From positions 39,604-103,603 of IMG/VR virus record IMGVR_UViG_2615840717_000004: 64,000 bases of DNA; one strand, given 5' to 3'. How positions within the stretch are numbered: position 1 is the stretch's first letter; every line of letters begins with the position of its first letter. Below the pieces are notes generated by a model. That model had not been told where the DNA came from. It saw nothing but the letters and a program-made list of their open reading frames with translations, and ran no database searches. This DNA is from a virus. Lineage: Duplodnaviria > Caudoviricetes. Below are positions 7,830 to 17,756 of this stretch, piece by piece. The translations under genes and the position numbers were made by a program.

Positions 7830-9121
7830 AGCGCAATTTTCCTGATTGCCTGTAGTTTCAGCTCCAAGCTTCCGCCCGGACCATATTTGGGGCGATTGTA
7901 GGCGTGGCCCATCAACTCAACCCTGATGCGCTCATCCACCCCAGCTTCCAGCAGGTTTTCTTCAAACGCATGCCTGAGCGAGTAAACCGTATGCCGCTCG
8001 CTTTCTCGCAGGCCGTTCTCCTCCAGATATTTATTGACGGTATTGCTCCACAGATCTGAATTCAGGAAGTATCTCTTCACGCCTCCAGCATCTTTCAGTC
8101 GCTGCGCCGCCTCCAAAGACACTCCGGTCAACGGAATATCGCGGGCAGAATGCTCGGTTTTGAGTTTTCGCTGATATTCACCGCCCTGATAGGCGCGAAT
8201 CTCGAAGTATGGAATCGGCCCCTCAAGCATCAGGTGCTCAGGCAGGCTGCCGATAAGTTCCGATGGGCGAACTCCGGTATTGATCATAAACAGAAAAGCA
8301 TCGCGGGCTTCATCATTGAGGCCATCGAGAGCACCTTGCGCTAAAACTTCTTTGCGCATCCATTCTGGAGAAAAGGCCGCGCGAGGTGCTGTCATGGTCT
8401 TTTTAACGCGCATACCAGCAAAAGGATTATCCAGGTCCAGTTCGTGCATAAGCCCGTAGACCTGAAAGATCTGCGCAAGGTGACCAATATCTTTGTTTGC
8501 TGAGACGGAGGATTTGCCCTCATTCAACAAACGATCCACCCACCATTCACGCAGCCTCTTTGCATCATTGCGTCCCATATCAAGGATGGGCTTGTCTCCG
8601 ACCAGAGCAATAAGGTTGTTGATGGCCTTCAGGCGCGGATTTCTCCATTTGCGCACCTGCTCTTCATTCATGCCGACGCGCTGGTCTTTCGTGAAGTCAA
8701 AATACTCCTCAAAAGCAAGACTAAGCCTCTTGGGAGGGATTTTGGCATTTCCCAGCAATGCTGGCACCAATGGGTCTTCTTTCGCCTCCAGAGCCCCTTC
8801 CAGCTTTATGAGGCGATCAATGAGGTCTCGCGGATTGCTGGAGATAAGATCTTCCATAGGCGCGTAATTGAAGCCGCTGGCATACGCCAGCTCCCGTAGC
8901 GCACCAGCAAGCGCATCTGCATCCTCAACATTACCGGCCTTGAGAGCTTCCCAATAAGAAATGAGCTGTGCCTCGATCGGTCCGGCTTTGGTAAGCGCAA
9001 TCTCATGACTGTCTGTATGGAGAGCTATCGTGACCCGGGAACGCGGATCAAACTTCTGGTACCTCTTGGGCACCCTTTTGACGAAATAATATCTGCCACG
9101 ATCACACGCAACTCCCATCAC
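7826..9121 (-). CDS. int: Tyrosine recombinase/integrase (DUF6538-type N-terminus)
   Basis: TGVRPSE, LKT, YSLRH, LMGH and YG catalytic motifs. Confidence 0.92.
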   Translation of the reverse strand: MMGVACDRGRYYFVKRVPKRYQKFDPRSRVTIALHTDSHEIALTKAGPIEAQLISYWEALKAGNVEDADALAGALRELAYASGFNYAPMEDLISSNPRDLIDRLIKLEGALEAKEDPLVPALLGNAKIPPKRLSLAFEEYFDFTKDQRVGMNEEQVRKWRNPRLKAINNLIALVGDKPILDMGRNDAKRLREWWVDRLLNEGKSSVSANKDIGHLAQIFQVYGLMHELDLDNPFAGMRVKKTMTAPRAAFSPEWMRKEVLAQGALDGLNDEARDAFLFMINTGVRPSELIGSLPEHLMLEGPIPYFEIRAYQGGEYQRKLKTEHSARDIPLTGVSLEAAQRLKDAGGVKRYFLNSDLWSNTVNKYLEENGLRESERHTVYSLRHAFEENLLEAGVDERIRVELMGHAYNRPKYGPGGSLELKLQAIRKIAL

Positions 9122-9132
9122 GACACCCTAAA

Positions 9133-9168
9133 TGTTACGGGATTTGTTACGGGATTTGTTACGGGATT
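9133..9168. repeat. 3 x 12-bp direct repeat TGTTACGGGATT (likely integrase arm-type sites)
   Basis: Perfect tandem triplicate between int start and att core. Confidence 0.8.
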
Positions 9169-9253
9169 GCCGAATCGCCGTCAAACACGCAAACGCACTA
9201 TTTTTATAAGCGCTTGATATATAAGAGGTATTTAGATTTTTGGAGAGAAAAAG

Positions 9254-9274
9254 TGGCGATCCCTGCAGGATTCG
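9254..9274 (-). mobile_element. att core: duplicated tRNA 3' end (probably tRNA-Arg)
   Basis: Minus strand reads CGAATCCTGCAGGGATCGCCA = T-loop, acceptor stem and CCA; the rest of the tRNA is absent. Confidence 0.8.
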
Positions 9275-9556
9275 CAAAATCTAGGGTTTCTGCGGGTTTC
9301 AGCGAATGTTAGGGGCAAATTTGCCAAAATTGCGCCTTTGAAAACTCTAGCGAATTTGAGGCCGATCCCTAACAGATTTTGCGTGCCGATTGTCTCTGTA
9401 ATCTGATCGCAGAGCGCCTAACCTACAGCACTCATTCTGATGAGGTAGACTGTCCGCCAGAGTACTTAGCAACTTAAAATTACTATGTTCATCAGCAACA
9501 AAAAACCCCGGCGAAATGAACCGCCGAGGTAGATTTTTGAGGTTCACACCGAAGAC

Positions 9557-11677
9557 TTAAACGAAGGAAAAATCATCCTGATGCAAGTCGGAAAGAGTGA
9601 CACCCTCAAGAGTAATCGACGTGTCTTCGTCAATTGTGATTACCGTATTCGCACTAACTTGCTGAGCTACAGCAAGCACTGCATCAAAATCAGTAAAGAT
9701 AGATGCTGCAAACTCAATTATGTCAGAAGCTCCGTCCCCAGCAGCAAAGTCTTTGATAACATTGTGGCCGGTTTGTCCTCCTGCAAAAACAAACATATCA
9801 TTGCCCTCACCGCCAGTGAGAGTATCGTCGCCGGCTCCGCCAATAATGGTATCTTCACCACCATTACCGTAGATCACATCTGCACCGTCGCCAGCTTGAA
9901 GAGTTTCAGCAGCGGCGCTACCAATGAGTTCAAGAGCTGGCATGTCAAAGGTCTCTAATACTGACGAGCCTTCTGGTTCATATACAGTGCCATCTGCACC
10001 GACATAATTGCCTTCTGAATTGGGTGTGTAGACATAGGCCGAGCCAGAATTCTCTCCCCTGTCGTCATCCAAATAAGCGGTAACGATGATAGTACCGTCG
10101 CTCGTGATGGACACCGCTCGTCCAAAAGAGTCTCCTTCTTGTCCGTCAATGGCGGAGAGTACAAAGCGTGTGTAACCGCCCTCATCGTCTGGTACGTGCA
10201 CAAAAGCTTTACCAGTATTGGAGCTATCATGTGGGACGCCTGAGACAATTACCCCATCTGCATTCATGTCAAGAGAAGCACCTCCACTTAAACTAGATAT
10301 GGTATAGTTTCCCTCACCATCTGGCTCATAAACATAGATTCTTGAGAGGCCTCCCACAACAATAGTCCCGTCGGCAGCAACCGCAACATTCCGCCCAAAC
10401 AAGCTGTCAGGTGCAGGTCTGTTAATCACCATCTCGCTGTAATTACCTTGCCCGTCCGGTGTGAAAATGGAAACAGAAGTACCGTTGCGTACAGAGATTA
10501 TACCTTCTTCATTAATGTGAACGCCTCCATTCCCGCTGCTCGCATATCCAGAAACTGGGATGTTGAGTTCGTCATACCCACCTTGTCCGTCAGGTGTGAA
10601 GACATAAATCCGGTCATATGATCCTTCAAATGCGGTAGCAACGATTACCCCATCATCATTGATGACAAGATTTCGTCCGAGCCAATCATTAGTGAAACCA
10701 CTAGAAGCAATCAGTTTAGTCTCATCATAGCCACCTTCTTCGGTTGGAGTGTAGACATAGACTGATCCGGAGTTTTGGCCCTTATCGTCATCTAAATAAG
10801 CACTTACCGCAATAACACCATGATTATTAATCACCGTGGTGATGCCAAAGTTGTCTGACTTGGCTCCGTCTGAGGCAGTGATTTTGGTCTCAGATAGCCC
10901 GCCTTCGCCGTCCGGCGTATAAACGTAGACTGAGCCAGATGACGCACCCCTATCATCATCTGAATCTGCTCCAACAACAATTACACCATGATCGTTGATC
11001 TGGGCAGAAATACCAAAAGAGTCTCTGCGAGCACCGTCTGATGCCCAAATTTTCTGAGGAGCAATTAATACTTCACTTTCTCCATTAATAGTCACTGTCA
11101 CGGTTTCAGTAGAGCTCTCTCCAGCTGCATCTGTCACTGTATAGGTAAAGGTATCTGTCGCAGTCTCACCGGCTTCGAGGTGATCAAACTTCCCATTTGG
11201 ATCATATGAGAAAGTGCCATCCGCATTTACTATCACGCTGCCAATCGTGCCGGACGTATCTACTGTAAAGCTGTGAGTATCGTTGTTGTCTGGGTCGGTA
11301 AAATCAGGGAGTATGACTATCGAAGTGCTCTCATCAGTCTCAACTGCCACTGCAGCAGCTATGGGGCCGTCATTATGCCCGGTAATAGTTATCGTGACCG
11401 TTGATGTAGAGCTTTCACCTGCAGCATCTGTCACCGTGTATGAGAACGTATCAGTCGCCGTCTCGCCAGCAGCGAGGTAATCAAACGCAGTTCCTGGATC
11501 ATAGTGGAACGTATCATCACTGACCACAGTGCCAGAACCAGTCATTTCGTCTGTGTTTAGGGCTAGGGTATGAGTATCGCTGAGATCAGAGTCCTGAAAA
11601 ATGACTCGAATTGAAGTTACCCCGTTCTCATCGGTATTGACTAAGACGGGAGAGGAAACTGGTGTGCTGTTTGGCAT
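9557..11677 (-). CDS. VCBS/Ig-repeat, FG-GAP propeller, RTX-repeat protein (putative T1SS-secreted adhesin)
   Basis: Two YDP..F..L.AGETATDTF.YTVTD repeats; FG-GAP-like SDG...D.FG...DDDKG..SGSVYVY repeats; GGAGDDTLTGGEGND nonapeptides. Confidence 0.85.
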   Translation of the reverse strand: MPNSTPVSSPVLVNTDENGVTSIRVIFQDSDLSDTHTLALNTDEMTGSGTVVSDDTFHYDPGTAFDYLAAGETATDTFSYTVTDAAGESSTSTVTITITGHNDGPIAAAVAVETDESTSIVILPDFTDPDNNDTHSFTVDTSGTIGSVIVNADGTFSYDPNGKFDHLEAGETATDTFTYTVTDAAGESSTETVTVTINGESEVLIAPQKIWASDGARRDSFGISAQINDHGVIVVGADSDDDRGASSGSVYVYTPDGEGGLSETKITASDGAKSDNFGITTVINNHGVIAVSAYLDDDKGQNSGSVYVYTPTEEGGYDETKLIASSGFTNDWLGRNLVINDDGVIVATAFEGSYDRIYVFTPDGQGGYDELNIPVSGYASSGNGGVHINEEGIISVRNGTSVSIFTPDGQGNYSEMVINRPAPDSLFGRNVAVAADGTIVVGGLSRIYVYEPDGEGNYTISSLSGGASLDMNADGVIVSGVPHDSSNTGKAFVHVPDDEGGYTRFVLSAIDGQEGDSFGRAVSITSDGTIIVTAYLDDDRGENSGSAYVYTPNSEGNYVGADGTVYEPEGSSVLETFDMPALELIGSAAAETLQAGDGADVIYGNGGEDTIIGGAGDDTLTGGEGNDMFVFAGGQTGHNVIKDFAAGDGASDIIEFAASIFTDFDAVLAVAQQVSANTVITIDEDTSITLEGVTLSDLHQDDFSFV

Positions 11678-12261
11678 TGAAATTACTCCAAAAAATGCAT
11701 TCGCATTTTAGGAGTGGAACGCTTGCGCAAAACTTGAGGTTGTACCCTTAGACTTGCCTAGTAGACAAAAACAGCAAGTGCCTAGGCGTTTAATACGCAA
11801 AATGGCGCTGCGATAGCAAAGTGGTTAAACTACCCACCACCTACCAGCAACACATACTCCTCACGAGTCGTGCATTCACCAGCTCTGAGCGTATTCTCTA
11901 AGTTGCGAACTTAAGTAGATAAGGCCCCTTGCGCGACCTCGAGGTGAAAGAGATTTTGCTCAGCAACTCAGGATAAACTTTGGTCGCCAAAAGTTATACG
12001 AACGACCCATTTTGATTGTATTATCAAGAATCTCCGGCGGGACTATTACCGGAAATTCTTTAGTTATTTAAACTAAACTTATTGTTCTCACCGCAATCCT
12101 TAGCAATACAATATCGTTAATCAATCACTTTATGTAATTAGTTAGAAATATCTATCTATTTCAACTTACACAAAATATTTTCCTTGCGGAATGACAGCGC
12201 TTTGCCAATAGTTTTTAAAGTCTGCTCTTTGGAATAATGAAGAAATTTAAAAGGTAAACTC

Positions 12262-12420
12262 ATGCTATCCGCGGCTTTAGATTTTATTGCACAGCGTTGC
12301 GAAGTCACCACCGTTGGCGAACTCATCCATCTGCATGTGGCACTAACCCAAAAGGAAATGGACCGTCTCGCATTGTTTGGTGCAGCGCTTGATGATTTGG
12401 AGCCTGATGACTGGATCTAA
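12262..12420 (+). CDS. Small hypothetical protein (52 aa)
   Basis: MLSAALDFIAQRCEV...LEPDDWI with AAAGGT RBS; below track cutoff. Confidence 0.45.
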   Translation: MLSAALDFIAQRCEVTTVGELIHLHVALTQKEMDRLALFGAALDDLEPDDWI

Positions 12421-12565
12421 GCAGCATCAAGTCTAGCTTCGATTGGCGCGATTAGGCTGACTTGCATTCAGCGAGAAACTAACTAGGCTTATCTAAGTTG
12501 ACCTTAGGGTAGAAATCCCTGTCTACGATTGGGATTAGCTGCTCGATTGATTACTTAAAGAGATA

Positions 12566-13360
12566 TTGGACAGCCTTATGAAGTCGCTCATTTCCGGCCT
12601 AGCGTTATCAGCTATGCTTGTCACTGCATCAACGACAACTGTGTTTGCTTGGGGTAAAACCGGGCATCGGGTAACCGGGTTGATCGCAGAAGAATTCCTA
12701 TCTGAAACTGCTCAGATGAAAGTTGAAGAAATACTAGGTACTGAAAACCTTGTCGATGCTTCAACTTGGCCTGACTTTATGCGTTCCGACACAAGTCCGT
12801 TTTGGAAGAACTCAGGCCCCTACCATTACGTCAATACCAAACGTGGTGAAGGCTACGACGCTGCAAATGCTCCAGAGCATGGTGATGCGGTCACAGCCCT
12901 CACTGACTTTCGCGCGACATTGGAGGATGAAAATGCTCCATTGGAAGATCGGCAACTAGCCCTGAGGTTCATCGTCCACATTGTGGGGGATTTGCATCAA
13001 CCAATGCACGCAGGCTATGCGGATGACCGTGGTGGGAACGCCGTGAAGCTTGAGTTCTTCTGGGAGAAGACAAATCTCCATCGATTGTGGGATACAGACC
13101 TAATTGAACATGGCGGCCTGTCCTATACGGAGCTGTCTGAGCGACTGCTGCGTAGATTAGAAGACCAGCAAGCTGAAGACTGGAAAGAGCCAGATCCGTT
13201 GGTGTGGATCTCTGAAAGCGTTTCGTATCGCGATGGGCTGTATCCTAGTGAGACGAACCTTAGCTACGGTTATGTCTTCAAACATCGTGAAACTCTGCAT
13301 CGGCGCCTTACACAAGGTGGTGTTCGGATCGCTGCTTATCTGAATGATATCTTCAAATAA
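12566..13360 (+). CDS. Secreted S1/P1 nuclease
   Basis: Signal peptide then WGKTGH, WPD, HYVN, HIVGDLHQPMH, NLHRLWD zinc-binding motifs. Confidence 0.93.
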   Translation: MDSLMKSLISGLALSAMLVTASTTTVFAWGKTGHRVTGLIAEEFLSETAQMKVEEILGTENLVDASTWPDFMRSDTSPFWKNSGPYHYVNTKRGEGYDAANAPEHGDAVTALTDFRATLEDENAPLEDRQLALRFIVHIVGDLHQPMHAGYADDRGGNAVKLEFFWEKTNLHRLWDTDLIEHGGLSYTELSERLLRRLEDQQAEDWKEPDPLVWISESVSYRDGLYPSETNLSYGYVFKHRETLHRRLTQGGVRIAAYLNDIFK

Positions 13361-13639
13361 GTGTTTGATACTCATGAGCCTTGCAAAGGAGTTTCAGTGT
13401 AAAACACTTTTGCAAGGCCTCTCAGCTACGAGGAACTTCAATATCAAAGCCTCTATCGAGCCTAGCAAATTATTGAAAGGAACGACTGCCTCGTTTTTCA
13501 ACGATATTCACACGCTGGTACTAGACGCCTAAGAGACATACCGTGACTAACAGCCAAGCAATACATGATGATAAATCTATGGGTTAGGTAGGGATACTGA
13601 ACAAAATGCAGCTATCTCCGCCGCTGGATAGCTGAGTGA

Positions 13640-13900
13640 TCAGATTGCCTCTAACACGCTATCAACTCTTCTCAAAGTGACTGTTCGATTAGATGAAATT
13701 TGCTTGAAAGCATTCTGCGAAATAGCTGCAACCTGCAAGCGACTGAGAACATAAAACTTCTCTTCGAGCTCTAAGTTCTCCAAAAGGGAGGTAGCCTCTT
13801 TGACTACCTGCTCTTCACTCTCTCCCATACCTAGAATTGAGTTTCTATAAGTTACAACAAACATGAAAAACTCCTGATACTTACGTGTAAAAAATTTCAC
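13640..13900 (-). CDS. Hypothetical protein
   Basis: ORF with AGGAG before internal Met. Confidence 0.4.
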   Translation of the reverse strand: MKFFTRKYQEFFMFVVTYRNSILGMGESEEQVVKEATSLLENLELEEKFYVLSRLQVAAISQNAFKQISSNRTVTLRRVDSVLEAI

Positions 13901-13974
13901 ACATGTGCATTAGGAGCCTTTTTTGCGGTGCGGGTTACTCGTGAGATTAAGTGGTCGCTTCGATTGGTGTTTCG

Positions 13975-14202
13975 TCACTCCTCGTTTTGCTCCAACTCCT
14001 CAATCTGAAGCAACTTAATTCGAGTATCCAAATGCTTGTTACGCGCATCCACCCATCTGCCATAAGCGAGTAAGATTGCACCGATCAAAACAGCGATCAG
14101 CAAGGCTAGTTGAAGCGCTGGCTCCAGATAACTGCTTGCATAGCCGAGCAGTCCATAAACACTCAATCCGGTCACTGATCCCATTTCTGTTTTGGGTATC
14201 AT
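13975..14202 (-). CDS. Putative holin
   Basis: Small, 2 TM, charged C-terminus; last gene of lysis cassette. Confidence 0.55.
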   Translation of the reverse strand: MIPKTEMGSVTGLSVYGLLGYASSYLEPALQLALLIAVLIGAILLAYGRWVDARNKHLDTRIKLLQIEELEQNEE

Positions 14203-14495
14203 TTGGCAATTCCTTTCAAGTTGTCCTGAATGCTTCCGTAAAAGGACTGCCAGCCCTGTTCCTTTGCATGGCAGGCTATCAATGCAGCTCTATGCCTGAT
14301 TGCATCCCGGCCTTGATCGCCGGTAATGCCAGGGTCTTTTGTTGTGACTGTCAGATCGGGTGGAGGATCTGGAGGCTTGAACAGCTCCCCAGAGTTCTTA
14401 ACGAGCCTTCCGGAATTGAAGTGCCCGCATCCGGCTAAGATAAGCGGGATCAGGAGGACAAGCGGATATCTTGCCCCTCTCCAGCTCAAGTTCAT
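14199..14495 (-). CDS. Putative o-spanin (Rz1-like lipoprotein)
   Basis: Lipobox LILAGC, Pro-rich, overlaps preceding gene. Confidence 0.65.
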   Translation of the reverse strand: MNLSWRGARYPLVLLIPLILAGCGHFNSGRLVKNSGELFKPPDPPPDLTVTTKDPGITGDQGRDAIRHRAALIACHAKEQGWQSFYGSIQDNLKGIAK

Positions 14496-14832
14496 AGTCC
14501 CTTACCTTTTCTTCAATTGAGTTTAGCTGCTGGATACGGTCCAACAGGCTTTTACTCGCTTGCTCTGAGATGACTTTGTGTGCCGCTGCTACGCGTGTGA
14601 GAGCGCTGTTATCGGCTTTCAGCTGGGCTACTTCGGCTTCCCTGTCATGATGTAAGTCAGAGAAGAACCAGACTGAGACGCAAAGCAGCGCGGTTGTTAT
14701 GATTGAAGAAAGCCAATTGGGTGTGCGAGGCTCAAAGCGTGCGATGAATGCCAGCAAGGCGCCCACAAGTGCCCCGTAGGCCAGCAAGGTTTCAATGCCT
14801 GTGCTGATAAACGCGGAGATGAGATCTATCAT
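14398..14832 (-). CDS. Putative i-spanin (Rz-like)
   Basis: TM segments plus coiled coil; ATGA-coupled to endolysin. Confidence 0.65.
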   Translation of the reverse strand: MIDLISAFISTGIETLLAYGALVGALLAFIARFEPRTPNWLSSIITTALLCVSVWFFSDLHHDREAEVAQLKADNSALTRVAAAHKVISEQASKSLLDRIQQLNSIEEKVRDYELELERGKISACPPDPAYLSRMRALQFRKAR

Positions 14833-15299
14833 CCCTTCGCCCCTTGCATGCACAGCTTGTATTCATCTTGCCTTCGGTTGACTAACCCCTGAACTTTGCG
14901 GCCACCCGCCCTGTTAAACCAAGTAGCTGCCTTACAGGCTCCTGCCCAGTCACCGGCATTAAGCCTGCTGCGAGCCGTTGACCTACAGAAGTTGCCAACT
15001 CCGATATTGTAAGTGAGTGAGACAAAGGCGACATAGGTCCTAATGGGGATCTTGTCGGGATTGTTGAGGCACTTCCTCATACCTGCTTCATGGCGCTTCA
15101 GAGACTTGATAAGCATTGTGTCACACTGAGCTTTGGTCGCCGTGTCACCCATCTTGACGCCTTTGGTTTCACCATAGCAAATTGTCGGCTTACCAATGAT
15201 GTCATGATATGCAGTTGTGCGAAGCCCTTCCCAAGCGCCGACGAGGGCCACGACCAACGCGACCACCCAGCCAGTGAGCCGGGTTTTGGTAGATTTCAT
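14829..15299 (-). CDS. Endolysin, GH24 lysozyme (SAR type)
   Basis: Hydrophobic N-terminus, E-x8-D-x5-T triad (EGLRTTAYHDIIGKPT), YNIG, GLVNRR. Confidence 0.92.
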   Translation of the reverse strand: MKSTKTRLTGWVVALVVALVGAWEGLRTTAYHDIIGKPTICYGETKGVKMGDTATKAQCDTMLIKSLKRHEAGMRKCLNNPDKIPIRTYVAFVSLTYNIGVGNFCRSTARSRLNAGDWAGACKAATWFNRAGGRKVQGLVNRRQDEYKLCMQGAKG

Positions 15300-15314
15300 T
15301 CCAGAAAACTCCAT

Positions 15315-15340
15315 AAAAAAACCCGCCTCAATGGGCGGGT
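15315..15340 (-). terminator. Intrinsic terminator fused to endolysin RBS
   Basis: ACCCGCC...GGCGGGT hairpin, U-tract, then ATGGAG. Confidence 0.7.
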
Positions 15341-15494
15341 GATGCGGTGGGTTTTGTAAAGGCGGTGGAGATGAACTAGTCTCCACCGCCACGTAGATCA
15401 AAGGAAAGCCAAGTTTCGGTTTCTACGAGATTGTTTAGAAACATATTACGCCGGAACAGTTCGAGACGGCCAACAACTACGCACTAACTTCGTC

Positions 15495-16337
15495 TTATTT
15501 TACGTTCTTAGCGTACTCTAGGACGGTCTGCATAAAGTTGTGCCAGCAATAAGCAATCTGTCCTTTGCTTGGTTCATAAGGCTTATCTGTCTTCAGAACA
15601 CCGTCAGGGTCTATTACAAGAAACTTCCCTTCTTTAGTCATGATCCCTTGAAGATCTAAAATAAGTTGAGCCCCGCCACCACCAGGGAACATAAAATCAT
15701 TAATTAGCGCTAAGCTATCAATGACATTGTCTCGCTCGGGGGATTTGGAGGCCTTTATAAACTGACCGAAGTTTGTTTGATTGATTAAATCTGTGAAGGC
15801 AACTTTAGTGCATTCCGCCTTCGCGGCTTGTTCTGCACCAACCGAACCGATTGTGTTTAGTGCCTTTTTTTGAGGGCTTTTGATGATTTTTAAATACAAG
15901 TTTTCAGTGAACTCTGCATCTCCGACAAACTCTTGAACATAGCCGTAGCATTTCTTGTTCCATTCTCTGTAACAGGGGATATCTGATTGTATGGGTTCAA
16001 ATGTCTTTGGCATAGGAACATTTCCTGCAGCAAGCATCGCAAGATTATTCAGCTGCTCAGATATAAAGTCATAGCACTTGGTTTTTCCGAGCCCACCGAC
16101 CTTAAACTTGCTTCTTTTGCAAAAAGCCAAAGCTAAACCTGATGCAGCACTCAACTGACACAAAGCTTTGTCTTCCCCTTTTAGTACTTTCGCACAGCGA
16201 TCAACAAGCTTCCCGCTGATGTTATCATTTATCTCGGTTTGAGCATTCATTGGAACCGGATCCAGAGCGTTTACGGGAGACATCTGAATACAAAGTAGCC
16301 CAAATGCAAATGCACCGATTAGTTTTATACGTTTCAT
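15495..16337 (-). CDS. Exported Cys-rich moron with atypical-kinase-like C-terminus
   Basis: Signal peptide; LILDLQG...FLVIDP motif; AT-rich. Confidence 0.55.
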   Translation of the reverse strand: MKRIKLIGAFAFGLLCIQMSPVNALDPVPMNAQTEINDNISGKLVDRCAKVLKGEDKALCQLSAASGLALAFCKRSKFKVGGLGKTKCYDFISEQLNNLAMLAAGNVPMPKTFEPIQSDIPCYREWNKKCYGYVQEFVGDAEFTENLYLKIIKSPQKKALNTIGSVGAEQAAKAECTKVAFTDLINQTNFGQFIKASKSPERDNVIDSLALINDFMFPGGGGAQLILDLQGIMTKEGKFLVIDPDGVLKTDKPYEPSKGQIAYCWHNFMQTVLEYAKNVK

Positions 16338-16415
16338 GTGATCCTCTTTTTAATTGTTGTTTTTGCAACGCAATTGAGTGACGCATGGAATAAGGACTTG
16401 TGATGGTGGCAATCG

Positions 16416-17519
16416 CTACTGCTGTGTTCCGGTTCTACCGTTTCGATTTAGTCCGTCGCCAGTTAGGGCGGGCTTCTTGGTCGGGGTCTTGGGTTTGGCC
16501 CCTTCCCGTTTCCCTGCCCCGTCCTGCGGTTCTTTCACGCTCAAGGTCGTTGTTGCACCTCCACCCCTCGCGGCTTTATGTGTTCTGCTCTCTACCCGAT
16601 ACTTGCCATCAATGCCTTGCTTGATGCCTTCTACCGTGCAAAGGGCTTCCGCTTGTGCCTGAGGTTCAAAATTGATTGTGATCGACCCTGAAGCCTTCTC
16701 ACGCTTGCTTTGACCTTCACGAGCTTTCAGAAGCTCTTTAGCTTGGTCTTCGTCTTTGACCGTGGAGCGAATGGCATTGAGCACTGGATCTGAGAACGCG
16801 GGGTCTTCGATTTCCTCCTCTTTGTAGGGTCGTTTGACTTCGACTACCTTGCCTTTTTCCCTGTCCACATAGCGTACTGAACTACCTGTGAAGGCCCTAC
16901 GCAGATCACGGGGTTTCAAACGCCAAGTGATGATGTTACCGGGATAGATGCACTTGAGCACAGGAAGCCCATTATCAGCACCCAGCGGCAGTAAAACAGC
17001 CGTCTTGTCCCTGATCTTGAATGCCCCATTCAGCTCTTTTGCATAACGCTGGCCGATTGAATGGAAGCTCTCCCCATTAGCTGACCAGTAGTCGCGAAAA
17101 ATCTCCTTAAATGCCGGGGCTACCTTGATGTTAAATCCGGCTTTCTTGGCAGCGCCCTGCAGAAACTCTTCAAGCGTTGCATCGTCCTTATGGAAGAAAA
17201 GCGGTTGCTTGACTGGGGAGCGTTCGTCGAAGCCCTTGGCCTTGATTGAGAGCTTTTGCCCGCCTGATCGATTGCTTGAAGAAACCGGCTGATCAGTAAT
17301 CCCTTCAAAGACCTTTTTGCCTTCAAGGAGAACTGATAGCCGGTGACCTGCACTCGGCAACTTGATCTGCCCTGCGCGATCATCAAGGCTAAGACTACAA
17401 CTGTCTGAGCTGATCCCAGCCTTATCCGTCGCTGAAATGTTCATCAGATAGGGGCGAAGATCCTGCGAGATGTCATCGCCATTCAAGATGACTTTCCAAT
17501 CTACAGTCCATTGGTTCAT
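16416..17519 (-). CDS. Baseplate hub, P2 gpD-like
   Basis: D..G..SD...L.LDDR N-terminus; position in tail module. Confidence 0.85.
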   Translation of the reverse strand: MNQWTVDWKVILNGDDISQDLRPYLMNISATDKAGISSDSCSLSLDDRAGQIKLPSAGHRLSVLLEGKKVFEGITDQPVSSSNRSGGQKLSIKAKGFDERSPVKQPLFFHKDDATLEEFLQGAAKKAGFNIKVAPAFKEIFRDYWSANGESFHSIGQRYAKELNGAFKIRDKTAVLLPLGADNGLPVLKCIYPGNIITWRLKPRDLRRAFTGSSVRYVDREKGKVVEVKRPYKEEEIEDPAFSDPVLNAIRSTVKDEDQAKELLKAREGQSKREKASGSITINFEPQAQAEALCTVEGIKQGIDGKYRVESRTHKAARGGGATTTLSVKEPQDGAGKREGAKPKTPTKKPALTGDGLNRNGRTGTQQ

Positions 17520-17522
17520 GCG

Positions 17523-17747
17523 CTATCCAAACAAGTCTATTGTCGGCTCTGGTGTGATTGTGGATTCGGATGGCAGGTCAGGAATAAGCACCTCCCGGCC
17601 TGCTGTGAGCAATGCGCCCTCAGCAGCTATGCCAGGGTTAAGGCTAAGTGCATCGGTGATGAGATCTTGCCCCTTCCAGCCATGCACGCGCACAAGCAGC
17701 AGATCCAAGGTGATCCCTTCACCTGTAACGGTAATCTTGGTGGACAT
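17523..17747 (-). CDS. Tail protein X (P2 gpX-like)
   Basis: TLDLL...LNPGIA...L.AG..V.IP. Confidence 0.85.
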   Translation of the reverse strand: MSTKITVTGEGITLDLLLVRVHGWKGQDLITDALSLNPGIAAEGALLTAGREVLIPDLPSESTITPEPTIDLFG

Positions 17748-17756
17748 GGCCGCCCC

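Larger units (their letters stand above)
1..9274. mobile_element. Integrated prophage/satellite-like element (left part outside window)
   Basis: Integrase, att, cI/cro switch, CII-like gene. Confidence 0.75.

Noticed and set aside
9133-9168. Tandem repeat as a CRISPR array
   Set aside because: No spacers and no cas genes; better explained as integrase arm sites.
9254-9274. Complete tRNA gene
   Set aside because: Only the last 21 nt are present; there is no anticodon or D arm.
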